64,000 nt of DNA from the NCBI GenBank assembly GCA_016196115.1, contig JACPYI010000002.1:35976-99975 (forward strand), in the 5' to 3' direction. This DNA comes from Candidatus Sungiibacteriota bacterium. Its GTDB lineage: Bacteria; Patescibacteriota; Minisyncoccia; Sungbacterales; HO2-52-23. Both the position numbers and the translations under genes were made by a program. The notes under the pieces were generated by a model. That model made no database searches. It saw only the letters and a list, made by a program, of their open reading frames with translations, and was not told where the DNA came from. Each line of letters opens with the position of its first letter. The stretch's first letter is position 1. Of the stretch, positions 1 through 9,604 are shown piece by piece.

Positions 1-1371
1 ACCGCAGCCCATTATCTGACCACCGGGCAGGTCTATGCGGAAGTTATCCGCCGCGAGCGCAATCTGGAGTACGATGGCGAAGATGTGGAGGTGGTGCCGG
101 ATATTCCCAATGAAATCATCAGGCGTATTGAGAGTGTGGCAAAAAAAGACAAGAGCGATTTTGTCGTGATCGAGATCGGCGGCACCGTAGGAGAGTATCA
201 GAACGTGCTTTTTCTCGAGGCGGCTCGCATGATGAAGTCGCGCCATAAAATCGGCGTGTTGTTTGTATTGGTAAGCTACCTTCCGATTCCGGGAAAAGTG
301 GGAGAGATGAAGACCAAGCCGACGCAGTATGCCGCCCGCACGCTCAACGCGACCGGGATCCAGGCCGATTTTATCCTATGCAGATCGGAACAGCCCATTG
401 ACGCCAAGCGGCGTGAAAAGCTGGCACTCTTTTGCAACATCGAGCCGGAAGATGCCATTGCCGCGCCCGATGTGGATTCAATCTATGACATTCCCGTAAA
501 CTTCGCCAAAGACAAGCTTGATCTGAAAATTTTAAACAAATTCGGGCTGAAACCAAAAGCCGATCGGCTCGGAGAGTGGGTTCGTCTTGCGCGAAAAATC
601 AAGTCGCTTAAAAAAACCGTGTCTATCGGCATCGTCGGCAAATATTTCAATACCGGCGATTTTACACTTTCCGATTCGTACCTCTCCGTGATCGAAGCCA
701 TCAAGCATGCGGCCTGGCATCTGGGGTTTCAGCCGCATATCTCGTGGCTGGATGCGGAAGAATACGAGAAAGACCCCAAAAAACTTCGCCGACTTTCTTC
801 GTTCGGCGGCATTATCGTACCTGGCGGATTCGGGAGCAGGGGAGTGGAGGGAAAGATTCTCGCGGTCGAGTACGTGCGCAAGCATAATATCCCATATCTC
901 GGCCTTTGCTACGGACTGCAGATGGCGGTGATCGAGTTTGCGCGCAATGTGTGCAAAATGAAAGGCGCCAACACGACTGAGGTCAACCCAAAGACGCCTT
1001 ATCCGGTCATTGACGTCATGCCGGAACAGCTTACCAATATCAAGAAGAAAAAGATGGGCGCCTCAATGCGTCTTGGCGCCTATCCGTGTGAACTCCGGCC
1101 CGGCACGATCAGCAGAAAAGCGTACGGGACAACGCGCATCAGCGAGCGCCATCGCCACCGCTATGAAGTGAATAACGACTACCGAAAATTGCTCGAGTCG
1201 GCTGGACTCACGATTGCGGGCGTGAATCCGGAGCGAGATCTCGTCGAAATAATCGAACTAAAAAACCACCCATTTTTCGTGGGTGTGCAATTCCATCCGG
1301 AGTTCAAGTCCCGTCCGCTTGACCCACATCCGTTGTTCCGGGAATTCGTGAGAGCCGCTACTTCACATTGA
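1..1371 (+). CDS. pyrG: CTP synthase, 5'-truncated by the window edge (C-terminal synthetase part plus glutamine amidotransferase domain)
   Basis: Translation from nt 1 is in frame with the listed ORF. The glutamine amidotransferase catalytic region ([15 protein letters not shown]) is present and the preceding part aligns to the CTP synthase synthetase-domain C-terminus. Confidence 0.9.
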   Translation, partial: TAAHYLTTGQVYAEVIRRERNLEYDGEDVEVVPDIPNEIIRRIESVAKKDKSDFVVIEIGGTVGEYQNVLFLEAARMMKSRHKIGVLFVLVSYLPIPGKVGEMKTKPTQYAARTLNATGIQADFILCRSEQPIDAKRREKLALFCNIEPEDAIAAPDVDSIYDIPVNFAKDKLDLKILNKFGLKPKADRLGEWVRLARKIKSLKKTVSIGIVGKYFNTGDFTLSDSYLSVIEAIKHAAWHLGFQPHISWLDAEEYEKDPKKLRRLSSFGGIIVPGGFGSRGVEGKILAVEYVRKHNIPYLGLCYGLQMAVIEFARNVCKMKGANTTEVNPKTPYPVIDVMPEQLTNIKKKKMGASMRLGAYPCELRPGTISRKAYGTTRISERHRHRYEVNNDYRKLLESAGLTIAGVNPERDLVEIIELKNHPFFVGVQFHPEFKSRPLDPHPLFREFVRAATSH

Positions 1372-1630
1372 CCACTTTTGCATATCTATACGTGCGGTCA
1401 AACCGCGTCTTCCGCTTGGTCATGAATTTTACCATACCTTCGCGCAACGCAAAGAGAGAATCGTCCTTGCCGTGTCCGACCCCCGCTCCCGCAAGAAACT
1501 TGCCGCCCCGCTGACGGATGAGAATCTGACCGCATTTGACCCGCTCACCGTCAAACTTCTTTACTCCCAGATATTTGGGCTGCGAATCCCTGCCGTATTT
1601 TGTAGATCCCGCTGATTTGGTATGTGCCAT
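1358..1630 (-). CDS. rpmA: 50S ribosomal protein L27
   Basis: 90 aa protein [29 protein letters not shown]...[10 protein letters not shown] matches the L27 N-terminal signature. Confidence 0.9.
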   Translation of the reverse strand: MAHTKSAGSTKYGRDSQPKYLGVKKFDGERVKCGQILIRQRGGKFLAGAGVGHGKDDSLFALREGMVKFMTKRKTRFDRTYRYAKVVNVK

Positions 1631-1638
1631 ATAAATCT

Positions 1639-2016
1639 ATGCTATCTCATTCCGCAGAAAAAGTCAAAGAGTGGGTTTCGGAAAACAAGACCGACCTCTT
1701 CACCGCCGCAATCATATTCCTGATCGGTATGGCAAGTTTCGGGCTGGGCCGGCTTTCTGTCTCGCTTCCTCAAAAAGAGCCGATCCGCCTTGAAGACCCG
1801 GCGTCTTCCGAGGAACGAACGGTTAGTTCGACTACCCCCACCGCAGTTGCTTTGAAAAACGGCTCATTCGTGGCGTCAAAATCAGGTTCCGTCTACTATG
1901 CCGTTTGGTGCTCCGGCGTTTCGCGCATCCGCGAAGAAAACAAGGTGTGGTTCAAAACCAAAGAAGACGCAAAAGCCCAAGGATATCGTCCGGCTAAGAA
2001 TTGTCCGGGTTTATGA
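1639..2016 (+). CDS. small membrane-anchored hypothetical protein with a C-terminal Cys-containing (Ada-like metal-binding type) motif
   Basis: N-terminal TM helix (LFTAAIIFLIGMASFGLG). C-terminus YYAVWCSGVSRIR..WFKTKEDAKAQGYRPAKNCP resembles the small Ada-like Zn-binding module family. The start is ambiguous: GTG at 1624 or ATG at 1639. Confidence 0.45.
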   Translation: MLSHSAEKVKEWVSENKTDLFTAAIIFLIGMASFGLGRLSVSLPQKEPIRLEDPASSEERTVSSTTPTAVALKNGSFVASKSGSVYYAVWCSGVSRIREENKVWFKTKEDAKAQGYRPAKNCPGL

Positions 2017-3205
2017 CAGGCTTTGTCGAGACGCTCAATGCCATGTATTCGCGCACGACGTGACGGGTCTCCATGATCGCATTGCGAATGTCTTCGGGAA
2101 CTTCTTTCAGGATCTGCTTGAGTTTCGTCTCGTCCGCTTTCAGGATCAATTCCCACTTGTTGAGAGGGGAGAGCAGCGCTTTTATTTTTTCAAGATCATA
2201 CGCATAACGCTGGATGAGTTTCTTGGAAACCGTACCGTCTTTGCCGAATACCCGCGTGAGTTTTTCCAGTTCCATGTACGCTTTGATCTGATCCTGCAGT
2301 ATCTTGATCTCCTGTTCAAGCTGTTTTTCCGTTTTTTTCAGCTCGAAATATTTTTCAATCGCCGCGTCGGCTTCGTCAGCCGCGAGCCGCGGATCCGCCT
2401 CTTTTTTATACAAATGCCGCCACGCCGGGCACATGGGCCTATATCCGCACCAGTTGCACAAGGCGCTTGGGATCGGCTCAAAGTTCTTGCCGGCTTTGAG
2501 CCGTTCTTGGATTTCCGCAATGGTTCTTAAGATATGTTGCTTTGTCTTTTCCGTGGTATCCGGATTCGTTACCGTGCTCAACTTCTCCTCGTGCCGCAAA
2601 AAATATAAGCTCAACTTTATGTCTTCGGTCTTCAACTGCGGCCATCGCTTTTGAAGCCCAGCCGAATAAAGGGAAAGCTGCAGATCCTGGTTGAGCGAAT
2701 CCTGCGACGGCATACGCCTGCCGGTTTTATAGTCAATGATCTCATATGTCCCGTCATCCAGCTTGTCTATCCGGTCGATAATGCCTGCCAGCACGTGCGT
2801 CTCGCTTGTTTTCTCATCGGTGAGCGTGAGCTCAAACCGCGATTCAAGATCGACGATGTGAAAATTCCACGGCGCGTTTTTTTCATAAAACCGCTTGAGC
2901 ATTTTTACGCCCTGCTCGAAATATATCTTCTCATCCTCTTCCGCCCACGGTTGTTTCAGCACATCGTGCGCCGCGTCTTTATTGAACGTCTCCAGCGCCG
3001 GCCAATGCGCCTGGAAATACCCCACCACTTCGTCGAGCGTCGGAAACAGGGGATCGCGCTGAAACATGAAGTGCAGCGTTGAATGCACCAAAGTCCCAAA
3101 AATCGCCTCCCGCGACTTGGGAACCCTGATCTTCCCGATCTCCTGAAACTCATACCGCTGCGGGCACTGGAGATAGGTCTGTATTGCCGAATACGACGTG
3201 CGCAT
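1994..3205 (-). CDS. PD-(D/E)XK family nuclease (RecB/Cas4-like, Fe-S Cys cluster)
   Basis: 403 aa. Conserved nuclease core motifs (IIDRID, EIIDYKTG) and a C-terminal CNWCGYRPMC Cys cluster plus an N-terminal Cys, typical of Cas4/AddB-like nucleases. Confidence 0.7.
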   Translation of the reverse strand: MRTSYSAIQTYLQCPQRYEFQEIGKIRVPKSREAIFGTLVHSTLHFMFQRDPLFPTLDEVVGYFQAHWPALETFNKDAAHDVLKQPWAEEDEKIYFEQGVKMLKRFYEKNAPWNFHIVDLESRFELTLTDEKTSETHVLAGIIDRIDKLDDGTYEIIDYKTGRRMPSQDSLNQDLQLSLYSAGLQKRWPQLKTEDIKLSLYFLRHEEKLSTVTNPDTTEKTKQHILRTIAEIQERLKAGKNFEPIPSALCNWCGYRPMCPAWRHLYKKEADPRLAADEADAAIEKYFELKKTEKQLEQEIKILQDQIKAYMELEKLTRVFGKDGTVSKKLIQRYAYDLEKIKALLSPLNKWELILKADETKLKQILKEVPEDIRNAIMETRHVVREYMALSVSTKPVINPDNS

Positions 3206-3259
3206 GGTATAAGAAGTATACTATAGGTCTTTAAAGAAAGAAAGGAGGACGGACGGGTG

Positions 3260-3424
3260 ATGGAAACTGATGATAAACTGCTTGTCTGGTCTGAAGAGGT
3301 TGAGCAAGCCAGGAAAAAAATTATAGCCGAACTGCGGGCTGCCGAAAAAACGATGGATCATCAGGAATATTGGGTTTTGACGAATCTAATACAGCGTTAT
3401 TGTTTGGGAGTAGATCAAGAATAG
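3260..3424 (+). CDS. small hypothetical protein (54 aa), not in the ORF track
   Basis: ATG at 3260 preceded by GGAGG about 11 nt upstream. Translates to METDDKLLVWSEEVEQARKKIIAELRAAEKTMDHQEYWVLTNLIQRYCLGVDQE*. Lies between the nuclease and the recombinase. Confidence 0.3.
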   Translation: METDDKLLVWSEEVEQARKKIIAELRAAEKTMDHQEYWVLTNLIQRYCLGVDQE

Positions 3425-3445
3425 GTGAGTGTAGGTAACTTCGCC

Positions 3446-3474
3446 TTTACTTATTGTAATGAATTGAGTATAAT
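3446..3474 (+). promoter_or_regulatory. sigma70-like promoter (TTTACT-17-TATAAT) upstream of the recombinase gene
   Basis: tttact at 3446-3451 and tataat at 3469-3474 with 17 nt spacing, in an AT-rich spacer. Confidence 0.4.
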
Positions 3475-3510
3475 ATCTCTATGGCTGATTTTTAAAATAA
3501 ATAAAACCCT

Positions 3511-4443
3511 ATGCTTCCTCAACAAGACGATTTTCTGTTAAGTTTAAAGGCGAATAATTATTCGCTTGAAACAATTTATAACTATGAACAGGACTTGATT
3601 ATATTTGATCTGTTTTTACAGAACGATGTAAAAATTCCTTTTGATAAAATTTCAAAGAGAACAATTGAAATGTATAAAGCTTTTCTGGCTTCCCGGGATC
3701 GAAAGACGCCAAAACTAAAAAAAGAAACACGACAATTGTCTGCCGGGTCCGTAAATAGAATGCTTTCAACACTTCGTCGATACCTAAGTTATCTCGGAGA
3801 TATGGACTATAGTATACCTATTGGTCCTGATGCAATCAAACTTGTTAAAATGCCGCACCCGCACCCGCGAGTTGCGGAACTCGATGCCTTGATTGAACTT
3901 ATTGAATCCCCTACCCAGTTTGAAAAAACAAAAGAGCTGAAGCTTCGTAATCGCGCCATGCTGGAAACGCTTTTTTCAACAGGTATGCGGATTTCGGAAC
4001 TCGTATCGCTCAATCGCAACCAGATTGACAAGACCGGAAGAATTTTTATTCGTGGCAAGGGTAAAAAAGAACGATTCGTTTATTTGACTGATCGGGCATA
4101 CGAACATATCAAGTCCTATCTTGCCATTCGGACAGATAAGCATCCGGCCCTCTTTATCCCCTATCGTGGCCGCAACGTAAAGAAAACAACAAGTCGCATC
4201 TCTCCCAACTATGTCCAGATGAAAATGAAGCAGTATCGTGAACATCTTGGTATCAATGTGCCAACTTCACCGCATTCCCTCCGCCACGGATTCGCAACTT
4301 ATCTTGCCGAACAAGGCGCCAATCCTGCCGCGATTCAAATCCTGCTCGGCCACGAATCCCTCCAGACCACGACGCGCTATGTGCATGCTTCGGACACCTA
4401 TGCTGAGAAGACCCACAAGCAATTTCACCCCCTTAAGAAATAA
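3511..4443 (+). CDS. tyrosine site-specific recombinase, XerC/XerD family
   Basis: 310 aa. The C-terminal catalytic region (HSLRHGFATYLAEQGANPAAIQILLGHESLQTTTRYVH) carries the R..HxxR..Y tyrosine recombinase signature. Confidence 0.85.
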   Translation: MLPQQDDFLLSLKANNYSLETIYNYEQDLIIFDLFLQNDVKIPFDKISKRTIEMYKAFLASRDRKTPKLKKETRQLSAGSVNRMLSTLRRYLSYLGDMDYSIPIGPDAIKLVKMPHPHPRVAELDALIELIESPTQFEKTKELKLRNRAMLETLFSTGMRISELVSLNRNQIDKTGRIFIRGKGKKERFVYLTDRAYEHIKSYLAIRTDKHPALFIPYRGRNVKKTTSRISPNYVQMKMKQYREHLGINVPTSPHSLRHGFATYLAEQGANPAAIQILLGHESLQTTTRYVHASDTYAEKTHKQFHPLKK

Positions 4444-4453
4444 ACTTTTCGGT

Positions 4454-5803
4454 CTACAAATAATTCAACGGATTCAGGTAGCCGGAGATGCCGGATACCG
4501 GGTCGCTGCCGATCACCGGGAGGGTGATGTCGCGGCGTTTGCCGCACGTATTGGCGGGGAATGAAGTGACTTGTACGGCTTGGGTGAGGGCTACGGTCAG
4601 GTGGAGGTGCGGGCCGGTGGCGTAGCCGGTGCGGCCGGAAAGAGCCATGCGCTGGCCGGAGTTTACGGTCTGGCCGGTTGAAATGTATATTTCCGAAAGA
4701 TGGCCGTAAATGGTCGAGAGATTATTGTTGTGCCGCACCAGAATCCATTTGCCGTAGGACGCGCGGGGGCACTGGGCATCGGTGTCTCCGGTCGCCACTA
4801 CGACACCGCTGCCTGCGGCAAGCACCGGCGTGCCGACCGACGCACGGAAATCAACCCCGTTATGCCCCTTGCCGCTATATGCTCCGCTTGCGGCAAACGG
4901 GGTGTATCCGAAGTACTGGGTAATGCAATTTTCATCGGCGATTATGTTTGAACCGCAGGATGCCGACACCACATTCGGAAGTGGATATGCGAGAACTCCG
5001 TGCCCGCGCGTAGGCAGCAGGGAGGCATTAAGCGTAACTTTGATCTGACGCTCGTAATCGGCAATTTCTTTTTCGAGCTGGACTTCTTTTTGTTCTTGTT
5101 CTTTGATCAATGATTGATACTTTTTCTCTTCGTTTTTCGTGATCGCGAGCAGATCGCTGCGGTCGTTTTTCGCGACAACCTGTCCTTGCTTCTGCGTGGC
5201 CAGATTACTTTCAAGATTCTGCAATTCGGCCTTCTTCTCCTCACTTTGAGATTTCTCGGCTGCGCGCTCGTTGCGCAGCTGGCGGAGATCGCCGATGGAG
5301 GCGAGCATATTTTTTTCAAGCAGGGCGGCGTCGTTTAGATTTTTAAACAGCTGCGAGAGCGGATCACCTTTGAGCAAGACGTAGACAAGGGGTTCTTGTT
5401 CATGCTGCGCAAACGTGTTCATGACATTCGCAAGGCCGCCTTTTATGTTGTGCATCGACGCGTCTTTTTGGGAGATCTCAATGCCAAGCTGCCGTATCTG
5501 GAGCCGCGCTCGCTCGATCTGCCGTTCGGTCAGGGTGATGCTGCTCGAGAGCGCCTGGATCGAAGTGTCTATGTTGGCGATCTCCTGCTTGAGCGTACTG
5601 CTCCGCTGCCGGTTTTTCTGGAGCACGGCCTGGTATTTCTTTTTCGCTTCCTGCAATTTCTGGATTTCGGCGTTCTTCTGGTCAATCCCCTTCTGCAACT
5701 CATGGATCGTGAGCGCACGAGCGGGAAAAACCGTAACAAAAAAAGCGACCGCAATAATCGCTCCGGAACATAAAAAAATAAATCTGCGCATACCGGAGGT
5801 CAT
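4454..5803 (-). CDS. M23/LytM family peptidase with N-terminal signal/TM segment and long coiled-coil (EnvC-like murein hydrolase activator)
   Basis: 449 aa. Coiled-coil in residues about 30-250. The C-terminal M23 motifs HNGVDF and HLHLTV are present. Confidence 0.85.
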   Translation of the reverse strand: MTSGMRRFIFLCSGAIIAVAFFVTVFPARALTIHELQKGIDQKNAEIQKLQEAKKKYQAVLQKNRQRSSTLKQEIANIDTSIQALSSSITLTERQIERARLQIRQLGIEISQKDASMHNIKGGLANVMNTFAQHEQEPLVYVLLKGDPLSQLFKNLNDAALLEKNMLASIGDLRQLRNERAAEKSQSEEKKAELQNLESNLATQKQGQVVAKNDRSDLLAITKNEEKKYQSLIKEQEQKEVQLEKEIADYERQIKVTLNASLLPTRGHGVLAYPLPNVVSASCGSNIIADENCITQYFGYTPFAASGAYSGKGHNGVDFRASVGTPVLAAGSGVVVATGDTDAQCPRASYGKWILVRHNNNLSTIYGHLSEIYISTGQTVNSGQRMALSGRTGYATGPHLHLTVALTQAVQVTSFPANTCGKRRDITLPVIGSDPVSGISGYLNPLNYL

Positions 5804-7293
5804 ATAAGTTTTTGGGCGGCATTAATGCGATTGCGGGATTCGTCGATGCCAAGTATCGCCATGATTTCGAACGGGCCGGGCGACGCTTTTTTGCCCGAGA
5901 GAGCGACGCGCAAAGGCCAGAGGAGCGGCCCCTTGTCGCGCTCGCCGATCTCGTCGAGAAAAGCTTTTTCAATGGCTTCTTTCGAACTGCTGGAATCAAG
6001 CTTGGCGAGGATGTCCTCGCTGCGCCGGAGCGAATTAAGAATTTCCGCATCGCTCGTGTTTTTCCAGCGAAGTAGTTCTCTCTCGTACTCTGGTTGTCTA
6101 TAGAAATATCCTGTGCGCTCCCCTATATCAGAGAGCTTTTTAAGACGTGGTTGTTCTACGGCAGAGACACTAAGATTATATCGTTCATCGTAATCTGTGT
6201 GTTCGGGTGGGAAAAAACCGCCACTATCATTAAAAAATTGTTTGGTTGTAAGTTTCTTGATATATTCACTATTCATCCAGTCCAATTTGGTAGTATCAAA
6301 AATAGCTCCTGAGTGCTGCATATGCATGAGCGAAAATGCTTCAATTAAATCTTTTTTAGGAAGAATCTCCCTATCATCTCCGGGACTCCATCCTAAAAGC
6401 GCCATAAAATTAAAGAGTGCTTCCGGCAAATATCCCTGACTTCTATACTCATCTACAGATGTCGCGCCATGCCTTTTGGAGAGTTTAGATCGGTCGGGAC
6501 CCAAGATAAGGGGCAAATGGGCATATGTCCAAGGCGCTTGCAAGTCGCCTACACCGTCTGTACTTTTTTGTGTCCACCCCAATGCCCATGCGATGAGCAG
6601 TTGTTTTGGAGTATTGGGAATATGATCCTCACCACGAATAACATGAGTAATTTTCATCTCATAATCATCAATCACCACAGCAAAATTATAAAGTGGAACA
6701 TCCAGTGATTTAGCAATGGAAAAATCTCCCAAAAGACGGGTGAAAAAATGAACTTGGTCACGAATGATATCTTGGAATGTAATTTGCGGATTATGAGGTC
6801 CCGGATCCTGATATGTTGAAACATCAAATCTAATTATAGATTCACGACCGGATACTTTTTTTTGTTCTATTTCCTCGCGCGAGAATGCCTTATGCTCACA
6901 AACATGACGTGCAGGTAATTTATTTTGCATTTGTTCCTTTTTCTCGCTTTCCAGTTCTTCTTTTGTATGAAAACAATAAAATGCTTTACCTGCCTCAAGT
7001 AGTTGACGAATGTATTTCCCATAGGTTGCCGCGCGCTCGCTCTGCCGGTACGGCCCGTACGGCCCGCCCTGCTCCGGTCCCTCGTCCGGGTCAATGCCGA
7101 GCCACCGCAATCCTTTAAAAATATTCTGCTCGTATTTCTTGTCCGAACGCCTCACATCAGTATCCTCTATCCGCAAAATGAAAGTGCCGTTGTAATGCTT
7201 TGCAAATAGATAATTAAAAAGCGCGGCGCGCGCGGTGCCGACATGAAGATTTCCGGTTGGGCTTGGTGCTATTCTTACGCGCGGAGCTGACAT
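5800..7293 (-). CDS. gltX: glutamyl-tRNA synthetase
   Basis: N-terminus RVRIAPSPTGNLHVGTARAALFNYLFA (HIGH motif) and a KLSKR (KMSKS-type) motif. Confidence 0.9.
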   Translation of the reverse strand: MSAPRVRIAPSPTGNLHVGTARAALFNYLFAKHYNGTFILRIEDTDVRRSDKKYEQNIFKGLRWLGIDPDEGPEQGGPYGPYRQSERAATYGKYIRQLLEAGKAFYCFHTKEELESEKKEQMQNKLPARHVCEHKAFSREEIEQKKVSGRESIIRFDVSTYQDPGPHNPQITFQDIIRDQVHFFTRLLGDFSIAKSLDVPLYNFAVVIDDYEMKITHVIRGEDHIPNTPKQLLIAWALGWTQKSTDGVGDLQAPWTYAHLPLILGPDRSKLSKRHGATSVDEYRSQGYLPEALFNFMALLGWSPGDDREILPKKDLIEAFSLMHMQHSGAIFDTTKLDWMNSEYIKKLTTKQFFNDSGGFFPPEHTDYDERYNLSVSAVEQPRLKKLSDIGERTGYFYRQPEYERELLRWKNTSDAEILNSLRRSEDILAKLDSSSSKEAIEKAFLDEIGERDKGPLLWPLRVALSGKKASPGPFEIMAILGIDESRNRINAAQKLI

Positions 7294-7294
7294 A

Positions 7295-8416
7295 TTATTT
7301 CTGATGCAACCCCATCTTCAAAATCTCTCTCGCGATGAGTTCTGCTGCATCGATGCGGGAGAATTTCTGGGCGGCGGCTCGCATTTTCTGTAAGAGTTCT
7401 GGATTGTCCAGGACTTTTTTAATTTCGGCGAACAGGACGTGCGGGGAGAGATTCGGCTCCTCGATCACGATGCAGGCGCCTGCCGCGGCGTACTCGTAGG
7501 CGTTTTTACGCTGGTGATCCTGCGCGGAATTGCGGATCGGGATCAGGATCGAGGGCTTGCCCCACGCGGCGATCTCGAAGAGCGAAGAGCTGCCGCGGGA
7601 GATGATGAGATCGGACACGACGTAGAAATCGCGCAAGCCCGGCTCATCGAGAAACCCGAACGCATGATAGCGCTCTTTGTGGCCAAATTCAAGGATGACG
7701 GATGCTTCCTGCATGACATCCTGAAAATTTTTCTCGCCGGTCTGGTGGATGATCTCGTAGCGTTCGGTCAGCTCTTTAAGGATGCCAAGCGCCGCATCGT
7801 TGAGGCGCGCAGCGCCTTGTGAGCCGCCGATGATGCCGATGACCGGCAGATCCGAGAGTATCGCCAGATTTTCCCGCGCGATATCGCGATTGCCGCCAAG
7901 GATCCGCTTTCTGATGGGAATGCCGACAAGCGCCACTTTTTTCTCGGAGAAAAATGGGGCTGCGCCGGGAAACGCGATCCCGATGCGCTTCGCGAAACGG
8001 CCGGCGAATTTATTCACCCTGCCCGGCACCGCATCGGATTCGTGGATGATCAACGGAATGTGCAGCACCGCAGCGGCAACGACCGCGGGAAACGCGCCGT
8101 ATCCCCCTTTTGAAAATACGACGTCCGGCGTGATAAGGAACACGTTCCAGATCGCCTGAAAAACGCCGCCGATGGTTCTAAAAAAGTCCGTGACATTTTG
8201 GAATGAGGCATACCGCCGCATCTTGCCGCTCATGATCGGGACGATGATGACTTCTTCGGCAGCCAACTGCTCCTGGCCAAAATCTTGCGGCCCCATGTAA
8301 AAAAGCTCAAGATCGAGAATCCGCTCTTCTTCGGCAATCCGTTTTAATTCGCGGATGGTCGCGATGATGGGAAATACGTGTCCTCCGCTTCCGCCGCCGG
8401 TGAATAGAATACGCAT
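7295..8416 (-). CDS. murG: undecaprenyldiphospho-muramoylpentapeptide beta-N-acetylglucosaminyltransferase
   Basis: MRILFTGGGSGGHVFPIIA N-terminal G-loop and C-terminal glycosyltransferase-28 region. Confidence 0.9.
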   Translation of the reverse strand: MRILFTGGGSGGHVFPIIATIRELKRIAEEERILDLELFYMGPQDFGQEQLAAEEVIIVPIMSGKMRRYASFQNVTDFFRTIGGVFQAIWNVFLITPDVVFSKGGYGAFPAVVAAAVLHIPLIIHESDAVPGRVNKFAGRFAKRIGIAFPGAAPFFSEKKVALVGIPIRKRILGGNRDIARENLAILSDLPVIGIIGGSQGAARLNDAALGILKELTERYEIIHQTGEKNFQDVMQEASVILEFGHKERYHAFGFLDEPGLRDFYVVSDLIISRGSSSLFEIAAWGKPSILIPIRNSAQDHQRKNAYEYAAAGACIVIEEPNLSPHVLFAEIKKVLDNPELLQKMRAAAQKFSRIDAAELIAREILKMGLHQK

Positions 8417-8419
8417 GGT

Positions 8420-9529
8420 TTAGGTATACTTTGATATGTTTAATAGTACGCCGATGCTCGCCAAAGTTATGACCAGCGACGTTCCCCCGTAGCTTACCAT
8501 AGGAAGGGGTATGCCGGTAAGCGGAAGTAGGCCGGAGATCGCGGCCATGTTGATAAATACCTGCGCCATGATGCCGACCGAGATTCCTGCCCCAAGCAGT
8601 TTGCCGAATACGTCAGGCGCGCGTCTGGCGATGAAGATGCCGCGCCAAAAAAACGTCGCAAAAAGCCCCAGCAACAGGCACACGCCGACCAGTCCCGTCT
8701 CTTCCGCGAAAATCGCGAAAATGGAATCCCCCATTGGTTCGGGCAGATACGAGTATTTCTGCAAACTTTTCCCGAACCCAAGGCCCCAGAATCCTCCCGA
8801 GCCGATGCCGATAAACGCCTGATTGATCTGGTACCCGATTCCTTTCGGATCGGTCTGCGGATCGAGAAAAACAAGAATGCGCTGCAGGCGGTACGGAGCA
8901 ATTTGAACGACCAGATAGAGCATAACCAGTCCAAGAACTATGAGCATGCCGATTTGCGAGACCTTCCCGCCGCCTAAAAAATACATGATCCCCGCGGTGG
9001 CCACAACCACGCCGAGCGTGCCGATGTCCGGCTGCATGACCAGAAAAATCCCGATGATCGCGAGCATGAGCGAGAACGGGATCATGCCGTACGACACGCT
9101 CTTGATCTCTTTTCTCCGCGCATCAAGCCAGCTTGCCAGATATACGAGAAACGAAAACTTGAGCACTTCGGACGGCTGAAAACTGAATCCTCCCGCTTGC
9201 AGCCACCGGCGCGCACCGCCGGCAACATAGCTGAAATGGGGGATGAAAAGAAGCGCTGAGAGCAGAAACGAGAGTATCATGAGCGGCAGCGCCAGCCGTT
9301 TCCATATCCGGTACGGCATCCATTGGGTGAGCGCAAGCGCTATTCCTCCAAGAATTCCTCCATACAAAAATTGCCGCAGCGTGTAGAAGTAGATATTCCC
9401 AAAATTCTTTTGCGACATCACCATGGACGCCGAAGCCAGAATCAAAAGCCCCGCGACCAAGATCGCAAGCGTGAGAAAGAGCATGGGTCTATCGAGTCGG
9501 TGAGGCATTCCGTAGTTTCCGCAACCCAA
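8420..9529 (-). CDS. ftsW: FtsW/RodA/SpoVE family peptidoglycan polymerase
   Basis: Polytopic membrane protein with the conserved C-terminal SEED-family region (PLPMVSYGGTSLV). Confidence 0.85.
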   Translation of the reverse strand: MGCGNYGMPHRLDRPMLFLTLAILVAGLLILASASMVMSQKNFGNIYFYTLRQFLYGGILGGIALALTQWMPYRIWKRLALPLMILSFLLSALLFIPHFSYVAGGARRWLQAGGFSFQPSEVLKFSFLVYLASWLDARRKEIKSVSYGMIPFSLMLAIIGIFLVMQPDIGTLGVVVATAGIMYFLGGGKVSQIGMLIVLGLVMLYLVVQIAPYRLQRILVFLDPQTDPKGIGYQINQAFIGIGSGGFWGLGFGKSLQKYSYLPEPMGDSIFAIFAEETGLVGVCLLLGLFATFFWRGIFIARRAPDVFGKLLGAGISVGIMAQVFINMAAISGLLPLTGIPLPMVSYGGTSLVITLASIGVLLNISKYT

Positions 9530-9588
9530 TCACTTTTTTGCTTAAGTTAAACTTCGTTTAAAAGTCGCAAAAAAAGTGATTGGGTTGC
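9521..9588. repeat. long perfect hairpin (21-bp stem, inner 6-bp stem with TTCG loop) in the ftsW-murD spacer; member of a hairpin repeat family
   Basis: gcaacccaatcacttttttgc [ttaagttaaacttcgtttaaaagtc] gcaaaaaaagtgattgggttgc. Shares a near-identical core with the element at 52679-52745. Confidence 0.6.
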
Positions 9589-9604
9589 TCGAGATAAGCA
9601 CAGC

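Noticed and set aside
1624-1638. GTG start at 1624 for the small membrane protein, overlapping the divergent rpmA start by 7 nt
   Set aside because: Divergent genes with overlapping start codons are implausible. The ATG at 1639 is preferred, although even this leaves almost no promoter space.
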